Origin: an uncultured virus (IMG/VR IMGVR_UViG_3300024240_000003)
Taxonomy: Duplodnaviria > Heunggongvirae > Uroviricota > Caudoviricetes
DNA: 20,000 nucleotides
Direction: 5' to 3' (one strand)
Virus record (IMG/VR): IMGVR_UViG_3300024240_000003
Shown: positions 15,371 through 20,000 of the stretch, one piece after another
Numbering within the stretch: position 1 is the first letter of the stretch
Layout of the letters: the number at the start of each line of letters is the position of its first letter
Translations under genes and position numbers: made by a program
The notes under the pieces: model-generated
Seen by the model: the letters and a program-made list of their open reading frames with translations, nothing else
Database searches by the model: none
Told to the model about the DNA's origin: nothing

Positions 15371-17839
15371 TTAAAACAATTTTTCCTGTTCGACTTCTTT
15401 ATCTTCTTCTACAATTCTTGCAACTGCTGATATTGAATCGTGCTCGCTGATTCTGATTAGTTTAACACCCTGAGCATTTCTTCCCATCACGCGGATATCT
15501 TTTACCTTCTGACGAATTAAAATTCCCTTAGTAGTAATAATCATTAAATCATCAGTATCTGTGACTTCTTTTATCGAAATTAATTTGCCGACTTTATCAG
15601 TTGTCTTCACAGTTATAACACCTTTGCCGCCTCTGTTCGTTACCCTGTAATCACCAAGTTCACTTCGCTTTCCGAATCCTTTGCTGGTTACAACAAGTAT
15701 TGTTGCACTTGGTCTGATAACTGCAACAAGGCCGATTACATAATCACCCTTTCCGAGTTTAACAGCTCTTACACCTGTTGCAGTTCTGCCCATATCACGA
15801 ACTTGTGATTCATTAAACCTGATAGCCTGACCATTATACGTGCCTATAACAATTTCCTGAGAGCCATTCGTCATCTTGACATCTACAAGTTCATCTCCTT
15901 CGTTAATGTTAATTGCATTAATACCGTTGCGCCTGATATTAGAATAACTATCAAGTTTGGTTTTTTTAATTGTCCCTTTTTTTGTAACCATAGTAACATA
16001 TAAATCTGCGCTGAAATCCTTAACCATCACAAACGATGAAATGTTCTCGTCTTTTTCTTTTTCAATCAGGTTAAGAATAGATTTACCTCTCGATGCTCTT
16101 GTACCTTCAGGAATATCGTAAACCTTAAGCCAGTAACATTTTCCCCTGTCCGTAAAGAACATTATGTATTGATGCGTTGAGCCTATAAACATATGTTCGA
16201 TGAAATCCTCATCAGAACTGCCTGTAGTTGCCGCGGTTATTCCTTTGCCGCCCCTGCCCTGTGATTTGTATGAAGTAACGGGGATTCGCTTTATGAATCC
16301 TTTATTCGAAATCGTGATGACAACATCTTCTTCTTTTACAAGTTCTTTCATCATTTCGTCATCGGACATTTTTTTAACATCGTAAATTATATGCGTTCTT
16401 CTTTCATCACTGTATTTTTCTCTTATGTCTTTTAATTCATCGATAATAATTTCTTTTCTTAAAGCTTCGCTCGCTAAAATTCTTTTCAGTCTTTCGATAG
16501 TTTTTAAAAGCTCTTTGTATTCTTCTTCGATTTTTTTTCTTTCAAGTCCTGTTAATCTCTGAAGTCTCATATCGAGTATTGCCTGCGACTGAACTTCGGA
16601 AAGCTTGAATCTCTTCATCAATCCTTCTCTCGCAGCCTGAGCGTCTCTCGATTTCTTTATTACTTTAATAACTTCGTCGATGTTATCGAGAGCAATAATA
16701 TAACCTTCCAGAATATGTGCACGTTTCTCCGCCGAATCGAGATCGAATTTAGAGCGGCGTACAATTACATTCAATCTGTGCTTCAGGAAATACGACATTA
16801 CATCTTTAAGACTCAGAACACGCGGAATACCGTCTACAAGAGCAAGAGTAATTATTCCGAACGTAGTCTGCATCGAAGTATGTTTAAACAGATTATTCAG
16901 AACAACGTGCGGATTCCCGTCCCTTTTCAGTCCTATAACAACCCTCATACCGTCCCTGTCACTTTCATCATTGATGGAGGCGATATCTTCGATTTTTTTA
17001 TCGCGAACAAGCTGTACAATATTTTCTATGAGGTTAGCTTTGTTTACCTGGTAAGGTAATTCAGTGATAATAATATTTTGTTTCCCGTTCTTCTCAGTTT
17101 CGATTGAAGCCTGTGCGCGAATAATAAGTTTACCTCTTCCTGTTTCATACGCTTCTTTCACGGTATCATAGCCGTAAATTATTCCACCCGTAGGAAAATC
17201 AGGAGCGATAATGAATTTCATCAGTTTCTTAACGTCGCAATCAGGATTTTTAATTAAGAAAATCAAACCATCAACAACTTCACCAAGATTATGCGGGGGG
17301 ATGTTAGTAGCCATTCCGACTGCAATTCCGTTCGAACCATTGATTAAGAGGTTAGGCAATGCAGATGGCATCACAGTAGGTTCCTTTAAAGTCTCGTCAA
17401 AATTAGCTATAAAATCTACAGTATTTTTATCTAAATCCGATAATATAGTATCCGAAATTCTTGCAAGTCTCGCCTCCGTGTAACGCATTGCCGCAGGTGA
17501 ATCGCCGTCAACCGAGCCGAAGTTTCCCTGACCATCGACGAGAGGATAACGCAGAGAAAAATCCTGAACCATCCTGACCATCGTATCATAGACAGCTTTA
17601 TCACCATGCGGGTGATATTTACCGAGAACTTCTCCGACTATACGGGCGGATTTTTTATAAGGTTTATTGTGAGCGAGACCGAGTTCGTTCATACCGAAAA
17701 GTACCCTACGGTGAACCGGTTTCAAACCATCACGCACATCGGGCAGGGCACGCGCAACAATAACAGACATCGAATAATCAATATATGACGACTTCATTTC
17801 GTCTTCAATATTGACAGGAATAATTTTTTCGTTTGGCAT
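15371..17839 (-). CDS. gyrA: DNA gyrase subunit A (probable start MPNEK at 17839)
   Basis: [29 protein letters not shown] and the GyrA-box QGRGGKG (distinguishes it from ParC). Confidence 0.97.
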   Translation of the reverse strand: MPNEKIIPVNIEDEMKSSYIDYSMSVIVARALPDVRDGLKPVHRRVLFGMNELGLAHNKPYKKSARIVGEVLGKYHPHGDKAVYDTMVRMVQDFSLRYPLVDGQGNFGSVDGDSPAAMRYTEARLARISDTILSDLDKNTVDFIANFDETLKEPTVMPSALPNLLINGSNGIAVGMATNIPPHNLGEVVDGLIFLIKNPDCDVKKLMKFIIAPDFPTGGIIYGYDTVKEAYETGRGKLIIRAQASIETEKNGKQNIIITELPYQVNKANLIENIVQLVRDKKIEDIASINDESDRDGMRVVIGLKRDGNPHVVLNNLFKHTSMQTTFGIITLALVDGIPRVLSLKDVMSYFLKHRLNVIVRRSKFDLDSAEKRAHILEGYIIALDNIDEVIKVIKKSRDAQAAREGLMKRFKLSEVQSQAILDMRLQRLTGLERKKIEEEYKELLKTIERLKRILASEALRKEIIIDELKDIREKYSDERRTHIIYDVKKMSDDEMMKELVKEEDVVITISNKGFIKRIPVTSYKSQGRGGKGITAATTGSSDEDFIEHMFIGSTHQYIMFFTDRGKCYWLKVYDIPEGTRASRGKSILNLIEKEKDENISSFVMVKDFSADLYVTMVTKKGTIKKTKLDSYSNIRRNGINAININEGDELVDVKMTNGSQEIVIGTYNGQAIRFNESQVRDMGRTATGVRAVKLGKGDYVIGLVAVIRPSATILVVTSKGFGKRSELGDYRVTNRGGKGVITVKTTDKVGKLISIKEVTDTDDLMIITTKGILIRQKVKDIRVMGRNAQGVKLIRISEHDSISAVARIVEEDKEVEQEKLF

Positions 17840-17924
17840 AAATAAATTAGTATTCAAATATTAAATAATTACAACTACACATTATTTACAGGCGTTGCAA
17901 TGTTATCGTTAAATTAATCAAAAG

Positions 17925-17997
17925 TGGAGCTAACAGGAGTCGAACCTGCGACCCTTTCGTTGCGAACGAAATGCTCTACCAGCTGAGCTATAGCCCC
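17925..17997 (-). tRNA. tRNA-Ala (anticodon CGC), CCA not encoded
   Basis: GGGGCTA/TAGCTCC acceptor with G3:U70, anticodon arm TTTCG-TTCGCAA-CGAAA, GGTTCGACTCC T-arm. Confidence 0.97.
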
Positions 17998-18142
17998 GTT
18001 TTAAATGTCTGCAAAATTTCCCTCTGAATCTTTTAAATTTACCGAATTTTAATATGTTTAACAATGAAAATTGAGATAGAAAAATAATGAATTCGGTTGG
18101 ACTGACATTATGAATGAATGATTATACTTTTGGTTTTTGCTG

Positions 18143-18174
18143 AATAAAAATGAAGCCCGGGTAAATCCGGGCTC
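18143..18174 (-). terminator. Probable intrinsic terminator of the T9SS-substrate gene
   Basis: AGCCCGG...CCGGGCT stem (18154-18173) followed on the minus strand by TCATTTTTATT. Confidence 0.7.
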
Positions 18175-18200
18175 CTCTTAAACCTTAACAATTAAAATCA

Positions 18201-19742
18201 TTATTTTAATAAAATCATTTTTTTTGTGTTGCTAAAATTTCCAGCAGTTATTTTATAGAAATAAACTCCGCTCGGCAGCTGGTAATCGGGAAACCGGTTA
18301 ATTGAAAATGGTATTTCATAAGTACCGGGTTGTAATTTTTCATTAACCAAAGTTGCTATTTCCTTTCCGAGAATGTTGAATACTTTTAATGTCACAAATC
18401 TTGAATCTTTAATCCGGAATTTTATAATCGTAGTCGGATTGAACGGATTTGGATAATTTTGGGACAAAGAATATTTTTCAGGTAATATATGATTTTTATT
18501 AGAAACACCTATTACATCAAATAACCTGTTTGAAAATATGCGTTTATTCGTTCCATCAGAACCAACCCATATTGCTCCCATATCAGGCATAGTAAAATAT
18601 TCAATTATAGAAGGAATATATAATCTGGAAGACCATCCCGGAAAATTTGTATTGTCAATTTTTGCCGGAACTGTAAATCCGTTCGGAGTTCCTGCTGCAG
18701 CCCATGTATACATCAGTTTATCCGAGTTAACATTGGGATTTCCGTTTTGTAAACTATCCCGGTAATATATTAAATCAACACCTCCGTCATAAGCAGTATG
18801 AAATTTAACATCAAACCAGTATTCATCTACATTTGGTATTCCCCCTGCCACGGTAAACGGATAATTAAAAAAACCTCCATTATCAAAACTGACCCGGCAA
18901 ACTATATCTATTGAGCCGGTTGTACCCATAGTATTAAAAAACCAGACAATATTCTGGTAAGCGATTGTTGCAAATTCCGGTTTAGTATCCGTTCCGGTTA
19001 CTATATTTATAAAATCAATTGCACTTATTACACCTATTGAAGTTTCACGGTATCTTCCCTGCCTGATGGTCGAGGTTGCTGTATCTGCTAGAACCGGTGA
19101 ATAATAATTCAAAAATAACGTATCTCCTGAGTATGATTTTGATACATGCGGCTTAGCTGCATTGTTTTCAACTGTTCCGAAATTTGGCCAGCTTATCCCT
19201 CCATCTGTTGATCCTTTTCTGATTGCATTGTGCGATGATCCGTTTAGAGTATCGGCAAATACATATAAACCGCCCGTTGATGTTGCAGCAACATCAAATT
19301 CCTTCAAAGGACCCGAAGAGACCGGACTAAATCTGCCATTCAAAACATTCCAGTTGTAAACGGATGAACCATACCAAAAAAAACATACTACTGAATCTAA
19401 ACCAGTGCAAATCATTTTTGTCTTTCCGCAAACAAATGCCGGATGTAACCCGACCAGCGCTGACCACGACGCACCATGGTTTGATGAAACATAAATAATG
19501 ATTCCGTATTCCTGCCCGGGATAAATGTTTGTATCAGGAACCGATACATAAATGTTTCCGTTTGATTTTTCCACTCCGGACATTCTTCCCATAGGTTCTG
19601 ATGATGATATTAAAACATCATTACCCCAGTTTGGTGAATCAATATTAGCAGTTACGGGTTGAAAATAATGAATGGAAAAATTTTGTGAATAATTGATATT
19701 TGTGCTTAAGAAAATTAGGATGAGCAAGTAGAATTTAATCAT
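18201..19742 (-). CDS. Secreted Asp-box (BNR) beta-propeller-like protein with T9SS type A C-terminal sorting domain (probable start MIKFY at 19742)
   Basis: Signal peptide; SSNHGASW, STDGGISW and SFDNGGFF Asp-boxes; YSLSQNYPNPFNPTT...LPSGVYFY...TKKMILLK CTD; AAGGAG RBS. Confidence 0.88.
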   Translation of the reverse strand: MIKFYLLILIFLSTNINYSQNFSIHYFQPVTANIDSPNWGNDVLISSSEPMGRMSGVEKSNGNIYVSVPDTNIYPGQEYGIIIYVSSNHGASWSALVGLHPAFVCGKTKMICTGLDSVVCFFWYGSSVYNWNVLNGRFSPVSSGPLKEFDVAATSTGGLYVFADTLNGSSHNAIRKGSTDGGISWPNFGTVENNAAKPHVSKSYSGDTLFLNYYSPVLADTATSTIRQGRYRETSIGVISAIDFINIVTGTDTKPEFATIAYQNIVWFFNTMGTTGSIDIVCRVSFDNGGFFNYPFTVAGGIPNVDEYWFDVKFHTAYDGGVDLIYYRDSLQNGNPNVNSDKLMYTWAAAGTPNGFTVPAKIDNTNFPGWSSRLYIPSIIEYFTMPDMGAIWVGSDGTNKRIFSNRLFDVIGVSNKNHILPEKYSLSQNYPNPFNPTTIIKFRIKDSRFVTLKVFNILGKEIATLVNEKLQPGTYEIPFSINRFPDYQLPSGVYFYKITAGNFSNTKKMILLK

Positions 19743-20000
19743 TTTGAAACTCCTTTTTAATAATTTTAAAATTATATGGAGCAACTAAATATATCAGGAA
19801 GTTCGGATTAAATTAATGTACGTATTATTTTAATTAATAGTTTCAAATCAGGAATTTCTCAATAAATAATATTTGAACTAATTTATTTTAATTTATATTT
19901 ATTAAAATTTAATATTAATAAATTAATATTAATCTTTGAATTTGATTTGAGAATCTAAATATTTATTTTATTTGAATTTATCATTATGGGATTTATGAAT

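Noticed and set aside
15371..17839. ParC instead of GyrA, or an intein
   Set aside because: The GyrA-box is present and the length (~820 aa) is normal.
12134..19359. Short ORFs overlapping rarA, ltaE, gyrA and the T9SS gene
   Set aside because: Antisense or out-of-frame shadows of conserved genes.

Overview
The window has two parts. Positions 1 to ~10650 are the right end of a temperate prophage. It contains a long leftward (minus-strand) early operon: RHH/Cro-like regulator, DUF6948 plus Gly-rich repeat pair, Gp3-like recombination protein, VRR-NUC nuclease, lambda-O-like initiator with four internal palindromic iterons, PD-(D/E)XK nuclease and DUF5131. A divergent XRE repressor heads a cassette of three envelope/lipoprotein genes, and the element abuts the 5' side of an intact tRNA-Gly(CCC). 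No integrase or structural genes lie in the window. Positions ~10653-20000 are host housekeeping DNA: serC, rarA, ltaE, a HepT/MntA toxin-antitoxin pair, gyrA, tRNA-Ala(CGC) and a T9SS-sorted Asp-box protein, with REP-like hairpins. The C-terminal 'YSLSQNYPNPFNP' signature and low GC suggest an Ignavibacteria-like FCB-group host (inference). The most striking unexplained signal is at 6039-6212 on the minus strand, inside the prophage early operon. This ~175-nt non-coding segment folds by eye into a three-way junction with complementary (kissing) loops, and its G-U wobbles work only on that strand. It lies between an unannotated 23-aa hydrophobic micro-protein and a tandem-domain protein that may be an anti-defence nucleotide sponge. 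All family assignments are by motif recognition; no searches or folding programs were run.
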